From Gammaproteobacteria bacterium (GTDB taxonomy: Bacteria > Pseudomonadota > Gammaproteobacteria > JBPCXB01): a stretch of DNA of 64,000 nucleotides. The notes beneath the pieces are model-generated. The model had not been told where the DNA came from. It searched no databases and saw nothing but the letters and a program-made list of their open reading frames with translations. The stretch lies in assembly GCA_051008935.1 (NCBI GenBank), contig JBPCXB010000214.1, positions 8,866-72,865 of the forward strand. The letters run 5' to 3'. Positions 1 to 11,000 of this stretch are shown here, piece by piece; the first letter of the stretch is position 1; each line of letters opens with the position of its first letter. The translations under genes and the position numbers were made by a program.

Positions 1-2153
1 GCCATTTCGGGGCAATAGATCTCGTCGATACCGACTTTTCCCAAGGTCTCTGTTGCGACAACAGCATCTTTCAACAACCCGCCTTCTTTAATTCCGCTTC
101 CCGATTGGGTGCTGTTTCTTTTGCCTCCTGCCAGTTTCATCAAGAGGCTGATTTTAGCCATCAAACGCTTGTGTCAGCAGATTTTCAACACACTACCTTC
201 AATAAAAGCGCCCTGTTTGATTACGCTATCTTTGAAGAATCTTCTTCTTTTGCACACTGCATGATGGCACATGCAGGTTTTGAAAACTGCGTATTCAATC
301 AAGATGCCAGCTTCAGCGGTATTCAGGCAAATGGTCAGATCAATTTCCAAGCCTGCCGCTTTGCAGAGGCCACCAAGTTCGTAAAAACGCATTTTGAATC
401 TGGCGTTGACTTCACAGCCTGCCAGTTCAATCATTCTTATTTCAACAAAGCAAGTTTTGCACAGCCGCTGGATTTGAGTGCAACCGAGTTCAAAGGTGAT
501 GTCCAATTTGCTGGCGCAATCTTTCAAGGCGAGTTGAAGCTTGGATACCACGAACTGACGAATGCTGTCTTCAGCAATGTCGAATTCAACGCAGATGTCG
601 ATTTCAGCAATATTACATTTCGAGAGGAGGTGCGTTTCACTGGCACAATCTTTAGAAGGAATGCCCTATTTTCGCGCCAAAACCTGCCTGACTCCTATTT
701 CAATTATGCTTTGTTCGAAGGAACGGCAAATTTTGAAGATGTGCGGTTTAACGGAATCACAAGCTTTATCAAGACCGAATTCAAATCCGATGCCATTTTT
801 GCTAAGGCCAATTTTGAGTCCGGCAATTTCCAAGGCACCAAATTCTACCAAAACGCCATCCTGATCAAGAGCAGGTTTAAAGAAGAACTCGATTTCAGAG
901 ATACGCGTTGCGAAGAGGAATTGGATTTTTCGCAAGCCCGTTTTCAAAATAGAGCTCTGTTTGATAATTGCCATTTCAAGGCAGCCAACTTCTCTCAGAC
1001 ACGCTTTTCCAAAGATACGGAATTTAAAGACGTTCTGTTTCAACAAGACGCTCTGTTTCTACAAGCACAGTTTCAAGGCACCGTGCTATTCAGCGATTGC
1101 CTGCTAACCAATGCAGATTTTGGTCGTGTGCGTTTTTCCAATGATATCGACTTCAGCGGCATTGATTTCCAAGGCACCCCTAAATTTCGACATTGCCATT
1201 TTGATCGCCATATCTACTTCGGCACCTGCATTCTCAACAACGTCGATTTCACCGATTCGCAGTTTATGGAAAGCGTAGACTTTAGTTCCGTCTCTTTTGA
1301 GGGGGCAACCATGTTCAAACACTGCCGATTCGACAAGTGGGTCTACTTCGGCCAACAAATACTCGACAGTGCAGACTTTACCAATGTGCGATTCGCTAAG
1401 AACATAGACTTTAGCAAGATTACGTTCAAAACAAGAAGCAATTTCACCCGCACTCAATTTAATCGTGAAGTCTATTTTGGTAGTTGCCAAATGAACGAAC
1501 CGAATTTCAGCAACGCCTGCTTTACCGAATATACCGACTTTAGCCAGACGATGATCGTTGGATCGGCGAAGTTCACCGGCGCACTCTTCAAACAACCTGT
1601 TGTATTTGGTAGCCACTCACTTGACAATACTGATTTCAGCCGCGCTCGCTTTCATGATTATTTAGATATCAGCAGTCTCACGTTCACAGGCACTACATTG
1701 TTTATAGGCGCACAGTTTGAAAAACAACTGCTGTTAGGACAATGCCAGTTCGAAGACTTAGATTTCAGTGAGGCAAAATTTAAAGAAATCGCTGATTTCA
1801 GCCGTATCGGCATCAGCGGATCCACACGCTTTGCAGATGCGTACTTTGAAAAGCACGTGTTCTTCGGCAATTACACGTTAGAAAATGCAGACTTCAGCCG
1901 CGCCTACTTCGCAGCAAATATCACCCTAGACCAGATTAAATTCACAGGCACTACCAGCTTTGCAGGCACCCAATTTGAGAAAAACGTATTTTTCGGAACA
2001 TGCCAATTTGAACATGCAGACTTCAGCCATGCCCGATTTACCAATCACGTTGATTTCAAACAAACCCAATTCAAAGCCCCGCCAACCTTTACGCACACCA
2101 ACTTTGAAAAAGACCGAGCCTTCAGCGAAAGCCAAAACGGGCAAATAGCCTGA
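1..2153 (+). CDS. Giant pentapeptide-repeat protein; the reading frame is open to the window start, so the 5' end is truncated (more than 716 aa)
   Basis: Near-continuous A(D/N)FxxAxF-type pentapeptide repeats with Phe at the central position across the whole 682-aa ORF. The frame continues without a stop upstream of the first Met at 105 (IDLVDTDFSQGLCCDNSIFQQPAFF...). Antisense ORFs inside it are repeat-induced shadows. Confidence 0.8.
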   Translation, partial: HFGAIDLVDTDFSQGLCCDNSIFQQPAFFNSASRLGAVSFASCQFHQEADFSHQTLVSADFQHTTFNKSALFDYAIFEESSSFAHCMMAHAGFENCVFNQDASFSGIQANGQINFQACRFAEATKFVKTHFESGVDFTACQFNHSYFNKASFAQPLDLSATEFKGDVQFAGAIFQGELKLGYHELTNAVFSNVEFNADVDFSNITFREEVRFTGTIFRRNALFSRQNLPDSYFNYALFEGTANFEDVRFNGITSFIKTEFKSDAIFAKANFESGNFQGTKFYQNAILIKSRFKEELDFRDTRCEEELDFSQARFQNRALFDNCHFKAANFSQTRFSKDTEFKDVLFQQDALFLQAQFQGTVLFSDCLLTNADFGRVRFSNDIDFSGIDFQGTPKFRHCHFDRHIYFGTCILNNVDFTDSQFMESVDFSSVSFEGATMFKHCRFDKWVYFGQQILDSADFTNVRFAKNIDFSKITFKTRSNFTRTQFNREVYFGSCQMNEPNFSNACFTEYTDFSQTMIVGSAKFTGALFKQPVVFGSHSLDNTDFSRARFHDYLDISSLTFTGTTLFIGAQFEKQLLLGQCQFEDLDFSEAKFKEIADFSRIGISGSTRFADAYFEKHVFFGNYTLENADFSRAYFAANITLDQIKFTGTTSFAGTQFEKNVFFGTCQFEHADFSHARFTNHVDFKQTQFKAPPTFTHTNFEKDRAFSESQNGQIA

Positions 2154-2307
2154 CTGCCTGATTAGGGACACTCTTAAACCAGCCAACTTCGCAACGCTAA
2201 AATAGTAGTGGCACACTACACTTGGACCCACCTGGTACTTTGAATCCTTCTTACACTTTCTACAGGTGCTCTGTCGCCCGCCGCACTGACCTTCTAGAAC
2301 TCCTGTA

Positions 2308-2856
2308 ATGAAAATATCGGGAGGTCGATGGCGCGGGCATCGGTTGCCCACTGCCCCAAAAGGAGTCCGACCATCAACAGCACGCACGCGATTGACTCTG
2401 TTTAACTGGCTAGGGAGCCAAATCATTCATAGACGTTGTCTTGATTTATTTGCAGGAAGCGGCGCGCTGTCCTTTGATTCTCTATCCAGAGGGGCAAGCC
2501 ATGCTACGCTGCTGGACCCCAACCCGCAATGTTGCCGCCGTATCCGTCAAAGCGCCCAAGCATTAGGTTGCGCAGACGACATAAGCTTGATTTGTGCGGA
2601 CAATCGAGCTTGGCTACCCAGATGCAAAAAACCACTGTCGGGCTGGAATCTGATCTTTATCGATCCACCTTGGCACATGAAATCGATCACCGCACAGTTG
2701 CAGGCGCTCACGAAACGCCAACTGGTATCACCAGATGCATTGCTCTATATCGAATCGCCACCAGACGCCTTTCAACCTCTCGGGCCTTGGCAACTGGATC
2801 ACGAGTCGACTCAATCCGATATTTCTATGCGGCTCTACTCTTATACAGAGATATGA
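2308..2856 (+). CDS. rsmD: 16S rRNA (guanine966-N2)-methyltransferase RsmD
   Basis: GGRWRGHRL...RPSTARTRLTLFNWL, DLFAGSGALSFDSLSRGA and IDPPW motifs typical of RsmD. ATGA start/stop overlap with the following hemC. Confidence 0.85.
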   Translation: MKISGGRWRGHRLPTAPKGVRPSTARTRLTLFNWLGSQIIHRRCLDLFAGSGALSFDSLSRGASHATLLDPNPQCCRRIRQSAQALGCADDISLICADNRAWLPRCKKPLSGWNLIFIDPPWHMKSITAQLQALTKRQLVSPDALLYIESPPDAFQPLGPWQLDHESTQSDISMRLYSYTEI

Positions 2857-3797
2857 CATCAGACAACACTAGCCACGCCATTCCAATCGCCACTCGAGCG
2901 AGTCCTTTGGCACAAATTCAAGCACAACAAGTAGCTGATGCCCTGAGACAGTACTCCCATGGTCGAATGCATGGCGTCCTAACCCCTATGACCACCAGCG
3001 GAGATTTGCACAGCTTAGCCTCAAATCAACAATCAACGGCCAATAAAGAGGCCTTTGTCGCTGAAATTCGTCAAGCTGTTCTTAATGGCTCATGCCAGCT
3101 TGCTGTACATTCACTGAAAGACCTACCCACACAACCTGTACCCGGGCTTACCACCATAGCAATTACCGAACGGATCTGCCCTCAGGATGCCGTAATCAGC
3201 CAAAAAGGACGCACCCTGGCAGACCTGCCTGAAGGCGCACGGGTCGGGTTTTCCAGCCTCAGGCGTAAAACGCTCCTTCATCAATTCAGACCAGATTTAC
3301 AGCAGGTGCAAATACGCGGCAACATCCAGACACGCCTGCAGAAAATGGAACAAGGGGCATGCGATGCCTTAATACTGGCAGCGGCTGGTCTCATTCGCCT
3401 GGACCTCGAGCATCGTATCACGGAACTACTCCCCCTGCAATCCTGGCTGCCAGCGCCAGGGCAAGCAGCTCTGGCCGTAGAATGTCGCGACGATGACCCT
3501 CGGGCAACGCAATGGCGTACAGCTCTACAGCACCAACCCAGTTTCGTATGTACAGCTGCTGAACGTCATTTTGGCGACTATCTGCAGGCAGACTGCCACG
3601 CCCCCATAGGCGCTTTTGCTCAAATAATCTCAGGGCAAATACAGCTGAGAGGCTTCGTAGCTTCTTTAGAAGGCGACCTCTTTCTGGAAGAAGCACTGAC
3701 AGGCTCGCTTGACCAAAGCGCTTCCTTAGGCCCACGGTTAGCCCATATACTGGAACAAAAAGCAGGGGTGCAACTACAAACTCTATGGAAAGTCTGA
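2853..3797 (+). CDS. hemC: Porphobilinogen deaminase (hydroxymethylbilane synthase)
   Basis: IATRASPLAQIQA, AVHSLKDLP, GFSSLRRKTLL, IRGNIQTRLQK, ALILAAAGLIRL and LPAPGQAALAVECR motifs. The start was moved to the ATG at 2853; the upstream in-frame extension at 2529 overlaps rsmD. Confidence 0.9.
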   Translation: MTSDNTSHAIPIATRASPLAQIQAQQVADALRQYSHGRMHGVLTPMTTSGDLHSLASNQQSTANKEAFVAEIRQAVLNGSCQLAVHSLKDLPTQPVPGLTTIAITERICPQDAVISQKGRTLADLPEGARVGFSSLRRKTLLHQFRPDLQQVQIRGNIQTRLQKMEQGACDALILAAAGLIRLDLEHRITELLPLQSWLPAPGQAALAVECRDDDPRATQWRTALQHQPSFVCTAAERHFGDYLQADCHAPIGAFAQIISGQIQLRGFVASLEGDLFLEEALTGSLDQSASLGPRLAHILEQKAGVQLQTLWKV

Positions 3798-4600
3798 ACC
3801 GCCTAAATAACCCGCGCGCACAGGTTGACAATGCCAAGCTCAGATTGCTCATTTTAGATACGGGCGCCAAGTGGAAACACGCCCTCCTGCAAAGCCCGAT
3901 ACAGCCTCTTTTTGCCCAAGTCATGCAGACTGTTCCGGTAACACAGACTCAAGAATTCCGCATGAGCGCGTGCAAAATACTCGCTCAGGCAGATGCTGCA
4001 ATCGTATTCAGCCCTCTGGCAGCAAAACTTTTACTCCGAATAACAGCCGGCAACGAACACAGCCTCCCCCAGAAGATACTGGCCATGGGCCCAGAAACGG
4101 CCCGCGTTCTGCAAGTAACCCGCTGCCCTATTTCCATCCAACACCAGGGCTCTGATGCCCTGATCCAGGCAGCCCAATCGACTGGCATGAACTGCTGGAA
4201 TCGGGCAGTACTGATAGGTGGGTACAACATGCGCCCAGCTCTAAAGCTCTATTTAAAATCGACTGGTGTTGACGTGCAAACATTGCATCTCTATCGCAGA
4301 GTTCCGGTACCAGCCGACCGCCAACTCTATGCGCTCTTAAACGCGCACCTTGATTGCGCTCAAGCTTTGATCTGTAACAATATCACCGCCCTGCGCCTTC
4401 TCATCTACCGTACGCAACAACTGGATTCCGCCAACCTCAGCGCACTCTATAGATTGCCCGTGATAGCAGCTTCTGAACGTATCTCTCAAATTGTGCGCCA
4501 TCTGGGATTTACCCCCTCTCAACCACTGGCTGAAGGAGCTGCTCCTGTGCCGATGGTTCAAGCTGCTGTGCATGCTTTTCGGCAACTGCAAATGCGCTGA
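3785..4600 (+). CDS. hemD: Uroporphyrinogen-III synthase
   Basis: Position directly after hemC in a hemCDXY arrangement, size ~270 aa, and weak HemD-like N-terminus (RLLILDTG...). The fold is not strongly conserved, so the call is mainly by synteny. Confidence 0.7.
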   Translation: MESLNRLNNPRAQVDNAKLRLLILDTGAKWKHALLQSPIQPLFAQVMQTVPVTQTQEFRMSACKILAQADAAIVFSPLAAKLLLRITAGNEHSLPQKILAMGPETARVLQVTRCPISIQHQGSDALIQAAQSTGMNCWNRAVLIGGYNMRPALKLYLKSTGVDVQTLHLYRRVPVPADRQLYALLNAHLDCAQALICNNITALRLLIYRTQQLDSANLSALYRLPVIAASERISQIVRHLGFTPSQPLAEGAAPVPMVQAAVHAFRQLQMR

Positions 4601-4616
4601 ATCGGCCATCAGTATC

Positions 4617-5576
4617 ATGAACAATCGGCACACCAAACTACTCTATACGGCCAGTATCATTGCACTAGCAACCATTGGCATGCTAATTGGATCTCTGCAC
4701 TATCGTCTCAATCAAAATCAGCACGATACCCAGCAATTACAAAGCGTACAGGAGAGCAACTTCGCGCTAATCGAAGAGCAATTGCTGCTCGAAACAAACA
4801 TGCTACGCAGACAATTGGATCAACTAAACGCAGAACATGCACGGCTAGCCAGACAGAACGAACAGGCACGCGAAATCCTCTATGCCCGTATCGAACAACT
4901 GGAAAATGGCTTGGATAATACCACTTACAGCTGGAAGCTGGAGCAACTCAATGCCGGTATTGCCCGAGTCGAGCAGGCCATTTATCTGCGCCAATCTGAA
5001 TCGTTGATACAGCATCTCATCGACGAAATGCAACGGCTGATTGCTTTATTGCCGCCAAGTCAAAGCACGCTGCTGGAAAACGCACTCAGCCAAGATCGAC
5101 AAGCCAGAAACAACCCACAGCCAAGTATTGGCCAAAATCTAGCCCAGTTGCAAGAGTTACAGACCTTACTACAGAGTTTGCCGCAACCTTGCTGTCTTCT
5201 AACTACAACACCTGCGCTACCAGAGCAACACTCGCAAAGCTGGCTGGATATCCTGACCCAAGCCTTTCGGCTCCAGCGGCTAGCCGATATTGTTCCTATC
5301 GCTGAACCAAATGCCACTGAAAAAATGCTGCTGCGCCTAAGTATGGGCCTGCAAATCGCACGCGCACGCCATGCCTTGTGGAATTACAATCAAAAAGAGT
5401 GGGGGCTGGCGCTGAGTCAGATTCAGGCCGATGCACAGCGCGCCCTACAACACGATCCATCTGGATTACAGAAGCTCCTGAAAATGGTCAAGGGCCTCCA
5501 GATAAAAAATGTCGAACCGGTTCGATTTGAGTTTAATGCCCTAAAAAGCACCCTGACTTCCACAAAGCCATCCTAA
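4617..5576 (+). CDS. hemX: HemX-like membrane-anchored coiled-coil protein
   Basis: N-terminal transmembrane segment (LLYTASIIALATIGMLIGSL) followed by Q/L-rich coiled coil. Lies between hemD and hemY. Start set at the ATG at 4617 to avoid overlap with hemD. Confidence 0.6.
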   Translation: MNNRHTKLLYTASIIALATIGMLIGSLHYRLNQNQHDTQQLQSVQESNFALIEEQLLLETNMLRRQLDQLNAEHARLARQNEQAREILYARIEQLENGLDNTTYSWKLEQLNAGIARVEQAIYLRQSESLIQHLIDEMQRLIALLPPSQSTLLENALSQDRQARNNPQPSIGQNLAQLQELQTLLQSLPQPCCLLTTTPALPEQHSQSWLDILTQAFRLQRLADIVPIAEPNATEKMLLRLSMGLQIARARHALWNYNQKEWGLALSQIQADAQRALQHDPSGLQKLLKMVKGLQIKNVEPVRFEFNALKSTLTSTKPS

Positions 5577-5580
5577 AGCA

Positions 5581-6609
5581 ATGTACGCGCAATTGATCCT
5601 CATCGTGGCACTGGCAATCTGGGGCTTGGGTCTGTTGCCTCTGCCGCGTGGCTATCTATTGATCCAATTGTTTGGCTGGCAGTTTGAAACCTATCTGTCT
5701 ACACTGCTGTTGGCAGGGGCAGTGGCAGGCGCCATGTATCAGCCGCTCAAACGCTGGATCATGATCCCGATAGGCAAATTGACTGAATGGCGCCACTACG
5801 ACGCCCAGCAAATTTGGTTGGCTGGCCTTTCTGGATTGCTAGAAGAAGATTGGCAGTTGCTGCAATCCATGAGCTCTCATTTCGACCTGACGGACCCTCA
5901 GTACAAAATGCTCCAAGCTCTGATCCTGATGCATCAAGGCCAACCCGCCAAAGCCGCTCAGCAGTTCAAAGAATTGGAACAACGCAGCCCTCTAGCTAAA
6001 GCGGCCCGCCTCAAGCGCATTGAAGCACTATGGAAAAGTCAAAACCCGCAAGCTGCACATAAACTACTCAAACAGACATATGCCCCCTCACAGGGCACAG
6101 CTTGGTTAAAGCTGCAACTGCAACTACTGATTGCAACTAATGCTTGGGACGAGATTCATGCTCTGCTAGACCAGATGCCAAAAAAGCGGCTCTTGTTACC
6201 TGAACAAGAGCAGGCGAAGCTCCTTGTGCAAGTCAAGCAATACAAGCTGACGCAGTCCGAATCACCGGAACTGATCTTACAACGCTGGCACTCATTGACT
6301 GAGTTTAGAGAAAGACAACAGACACTCGACATCGCCGTGAAACGCTTGTTCGAACTGGGGAGCACCGATCTGGCTGCTACACTCATCGCCGAACAACTAG
6401 ATGGCGAATTGCGACAGGTGGCCTTGCCGCTCTGTTTCGAACTGCCCCCGGGCGCGCAGTGCCAAAAACCCCTAGAGGTGCTGTTGCAAATTACCGAGCG
6501 CGAACAACACAGCACTCCCGTACTCAAAGCAACAGCTTGGCTACTGCTTTGCACAGAAAAACAGTCAGAGGCTTTAAAAATATTTGATCAATTAACAAGG
6601 TCGGCATGA
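5581..6609 (+). CDS. hemY: HemY-like TPR membrane protein
   Basis: Two N-terminal transmembrane helices (LILIVALAIWGLGLLPLP..., LLLAGAVAGAMYQPLKRW) followed by a helical TPR-like region. Last gene of the hemCDXY block. Confidence 0.65.
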   Translation: MYAQLILIVALAIWGLGLLPLPRGYLLIQLFGWQFETYLSTLLLAGAVAGAMYQPLKRWIMIPIGKLTEWRHYDAQQIWLAGLSGLLEEDWQLLQSMSSHFDLTDPQYKMLQALILMHQGQPAKAAQQFKELEQRSPLAKAARLKRIEALWKSQNPQAAHKLLKQTYAPSQGTAWLKLQLQLLIATNAWDEIHALLDQMPKKRLLLPEQEQAKLLVQVKQYKLTQSESPELILQRWHSLTEFRERQQTLDIAVKRLFELGSTDLAATLIAEQLDGELRQVALPLCFELPPGAQCQKPLEVLLQITEREQHSTPVLKATAWLLLCTEKQSEALKIFDQLTRSA

Positions 6610-7289
6610 TTTTTTACAGATTGATGTCGTAAAAATGGAGCGCTAATTGCCCTTTCAGGCGATTTTATTGAACAATCCGAGCTAACCATGCGTTTTACCC
6701 ATAAAACGCGCAGAAATCGCAAATTTGAACACCTTTTTGCATTGATAGCGAAAAATCTACAGCATTTAGTAATCTGGGACTAGTCAGTAGAGCATATCGC
6801 TAATAATCCGGATACAAAAAATCCCTAGTAGCCGCCCAAAGACAAATTCAGAACTGCAAAGGATTGAGCTGTCTCACCACAACCATCTTCTTGGGCAGCA
6901 TCAAAACAATCAGGCGGTGGATGACACAGCAGCTATGCCTGAGCCGACTGACACTATTCCATGTCTTTTAAATCAGCAGAACACTAAACGGCAATTCCAC
7001 ATGCTGGTTTCAGGCTATTGACCGGTGCCTATCTGAGCACAATAGAAACCATTAGCATACACCGTGATATCTTCTAGCCCCCAGCTGCCCAAGATACATT
7101 TTTTGGGTTATACTTGCTCTGCTAAGACAAAAATGCCGCCTTACCTTGAACTCTCAGCCTGATCCAACTGATCGGTTGTCCTTTAGTGCCACCCCTAGTT
7201 ATATAGCTTATATGGTATTTTCTGCCGATTGCGATTGCCTGTCGGCTAATAGCCGGCTTGATCCCTGTGCTTCAATCACCTGACCCTAG

Positions 7290-9071
<1,782 letters not shown>

Positions 9072-9135
9072 ATCTTGGCGCTTCACGCGCTAATAGATCA
9101 AGCCAACCCAACAACTGATTCAACGAGGATAAAAG

Positions 9136-9615
9136 ATGATCAAAGAAGGTGACAAAATGCCCGACGTCCGTGTCAAACACATGGATCATAAAGGCCCGGT
9201 AGACGTTTCTCTGCCCGACCTGTGCAAAGGTAAAAAAGTCGTAATTTTTGGAGTACCGGGCGCTTACACCCCTACCTGTAGTCTGAAACACCTACCTGGC
9301 TATGTAGAACACGCAGAAGAAATGTTCAGCAAAAACGTAGATGTAATAGCCTGTATATCCGTCAACGATGTCTTTGTCATGGATTCTTGGGGTAAGGATA
9401 CAGAAGTCAAAAATAAAGTCATGATGCTCTCAGACGGCAATGCAGAATTTGCAGAGCGCACCGGTTTAGAAATGGACGGCAATGCGTTCGGCATGGGCAA
9501 GCGCCTGCAGCGCTTTGCGCTGATTGCTGAAGATGGCGTAATCACCCTATTACATATTGAAAAGCCCGGTGCTTTCGAAGTCAGTAGCGCCGAAGCGGTC
9601 TTGGCAAAGCTATAA
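9136..9615 (+). CDS. Peroxiredoxin, Prx5/PrxD subfamily
   Basis: VVIFGVPGAYTPTCS peroxidatic-Cys motif; ~160 aa. Confidence 0.8.
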   Translation: MIKEGDKMPDVRVKHMDHKGPVDVSLPDLCKGKKVVIFGVPGAYTPTCSLKHLPGYVEHAEEMFSKNVDVIACISVNDVFVMDSWGKDTEVKNKVMMLSDGNAEFAERTGLEMDGNAFGMGKRLQRFALIAEDGVITLLHIEKPGAFEVSSAEAVLAKL

Positions 9616-9718
9616 ATCTACTGCCAGAGGTGGCGGGGGTTGCTCACACAACGCCCGCACCCAAACCGGAGAGCCGCTAGAGTCAGCCACTGGCAAAAAA
9701 TTAAGGAAGTACTGCGTC

Positions 9719-10996
9719 ATGACCTTCAAAGCATGCTTAGCCCAGCGCCGACGCCGAGTCCTCGAATCATTACCGCCCGCCAGTCTGGCTCTTATCCCAG
9801 CTGCGCAACTCGCACAGCGTAGTGCAGACACCTATTTCCCATTTCGCCAAAACAGCGACTTCTATTACCTCACCGACTTTACCGAACCGGATGCTCTTTT
9901 GGTGCTCAGTTCTGGTCTAGACGCCCCTGACGAAGTACTGTTTTGTGCCCCTAGAGACCCGCTCAAAGAGCGCTGGGAAGGTGAAATCTTGGGGCCTGAG
10001 CGAGCGCACGAGCAGCTGGGGATTACGACCTGCCTGCCGCTGACAGAACTCAAGCAGCTGTCCGAATGGATGGCCGGGTGCACGCAACTGTATTGGCCTG
10101 CCGCCAACCACGCAGAGAGTAAGGCTGCCCCTTTTTTAGAGTCTTTACAAAGCGCACCTGAACTATTGAATCTGGACGACATACTGCATGAGATGCGGGT
10201 GATCAAAGATCCATACGAGCTTGACCGAATGCGGCAAGCGGCAACCATTACCGACCGAGCCCACAGACGTATGATGCGCAAAGTGCAGGCCGGCATGCAT
10301 GAGTACGAATTGGAAGCAGAAGGGCTCTATGAATTTTCTAAAGCGGGCGCACGCTCCCCAGCCTATGCATCCATCGTAGGCGGTGGTGCCAATGCTTGTG
10401 TACTCCATTACACAGCCAACCAAGCACCTTTAAACCCCACAGATCTAGTACTAATAGATGCTGGCTGCGAATGGATGGGCTATGCCAGTGATATCACACG
10501 CACATTTCCCGTATCCGGCCGCTATTCGCCGGAGCAAAAAGCGCTCTACGAAATTGTTCTGAACGCTCAACAAACCGTGATTGCTGCGTTGAAGCCTGGG
10601 CTTCCCTATCCGCAAGCGCAAAACATTGCCATTAAAACCATCACAGAAGGCTTGGTTCACCTAGGAATACTCCAAGGCAGCATGGACCATCTGCTGGAAA
10701 CCGAAGCTTGGCGCGCATTTTACATGCATCGAGTTGGCCATTGGCTTGGCATGGATGTACACGATGTAGGGAGCTACGAACAGAACGGGCAGCCTCGGTT
10801 ACTAGAGCCCGGCATGGTCATGACAGTAGAGCCGGGTATTTATATTGATCCGCAAGCAGATGTGGCCCCGCAATGGCAGGGTATTGGCATCCGCATTGAA
10901 GACGATTTGCTCATTACTGAACAAGGAGCAGAAATTCTGGGGGCCGCACCGCCCAAAAGCATAGAAGACATCGAGCACCTAATGGCATCGGGCTAA
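9719..10996 (+). CDS. pepP: Xaa-Pro aminopeptidase
   Basis: Collinear with E. coli PepP (YFPFRQNSDFYYLTDF, HYTANQ, LVLIDAGCEWMGYASDITRTFPV, HRVGHWLGMDVHDVG, GIGIRIEDD). Start set at the ATG at 9719 matching the PepP N-terminus. Confidence 0.9.
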   Translation: MTFKACLAQRRRRVLESLPPASLALIPAAQLAQRSADTYFPFRQNSDFYYLTDFTEPDALLVLSSGLDAPDEVLFCAPRDPLKERWEGEILGPERAHEQLGITTCLPLTELKQLSEWMAGCTQLYWPAANHAESKAAPFLESLQSAPELLNLDDILHEMRVIKDPYELDRMRQAATITDRAHRRMMRKVQAGMHEYELEAEGLYEFSKAGARSPAYASIVGGGANACVLHYTANQAPLNPTDLVLIDAGCEWMGYASDITRTFPVSGRYSPEQKALYEIVLNAQQTVIAALKPGLPYPQAQNIAIKTITEGLVHLGILQGSMDHLLETEAWRAFYMHRVGHWLGMDVHDVGSYEQNGQPRLLEPGMVMTVEPGIYIDPQADVAPQWQGIGIRIEDDLLITEQGAEILGAAPPKSIEDIEHLMASG

Positions 10997-11000
10997 AACC

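Noticed and set aside
174-2426. Multiple ORF-track entries antisense to or out of frame with the pentapeptide gene (174-551-, 562-864+, 666-1046-, 1104-1616-, 1658-1870-, 1926-2426-, 1960-2148+)
   Set aside because: They are shadows of the highly repetitive, codon-biased pentapeptide-repeat gene. None shows independent motifs, and 1926-2426- also overlaps rsmD.
2529-2852. The 5' extension of the hemC ORF (2529 start) overlapping rsmD in another frame
   Set aside because: The homology to HemC starts at the ATG at 2853 (IATRASPLA). The extension has no HemC-like sequence and overlaps the well-supported rsmD.
3418-3924. 168-aa antisense ORF across the hemC/hemD junction, plus 3871-4155+, 3985-4230-, 4337-4636-, 4845-5033-, 5060-5317-, 5787-5999+ and 6156-6554-
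   Set aside because: All lie inside well-supported hem genes on the opposite strand or in alternative frames. No domain signatures were seen.
7020-7210. Possible TPP riboswitch fragments (ggtgcctatctgagc, CCTGATC)
   Set aside because: This is not called as a feature. The invariant CUGAGA is CUGAGC, GGGAA is replaced by CCCAAG, and P4/P5 pairing cannot be drawn. It is kept only as a question in the findings.
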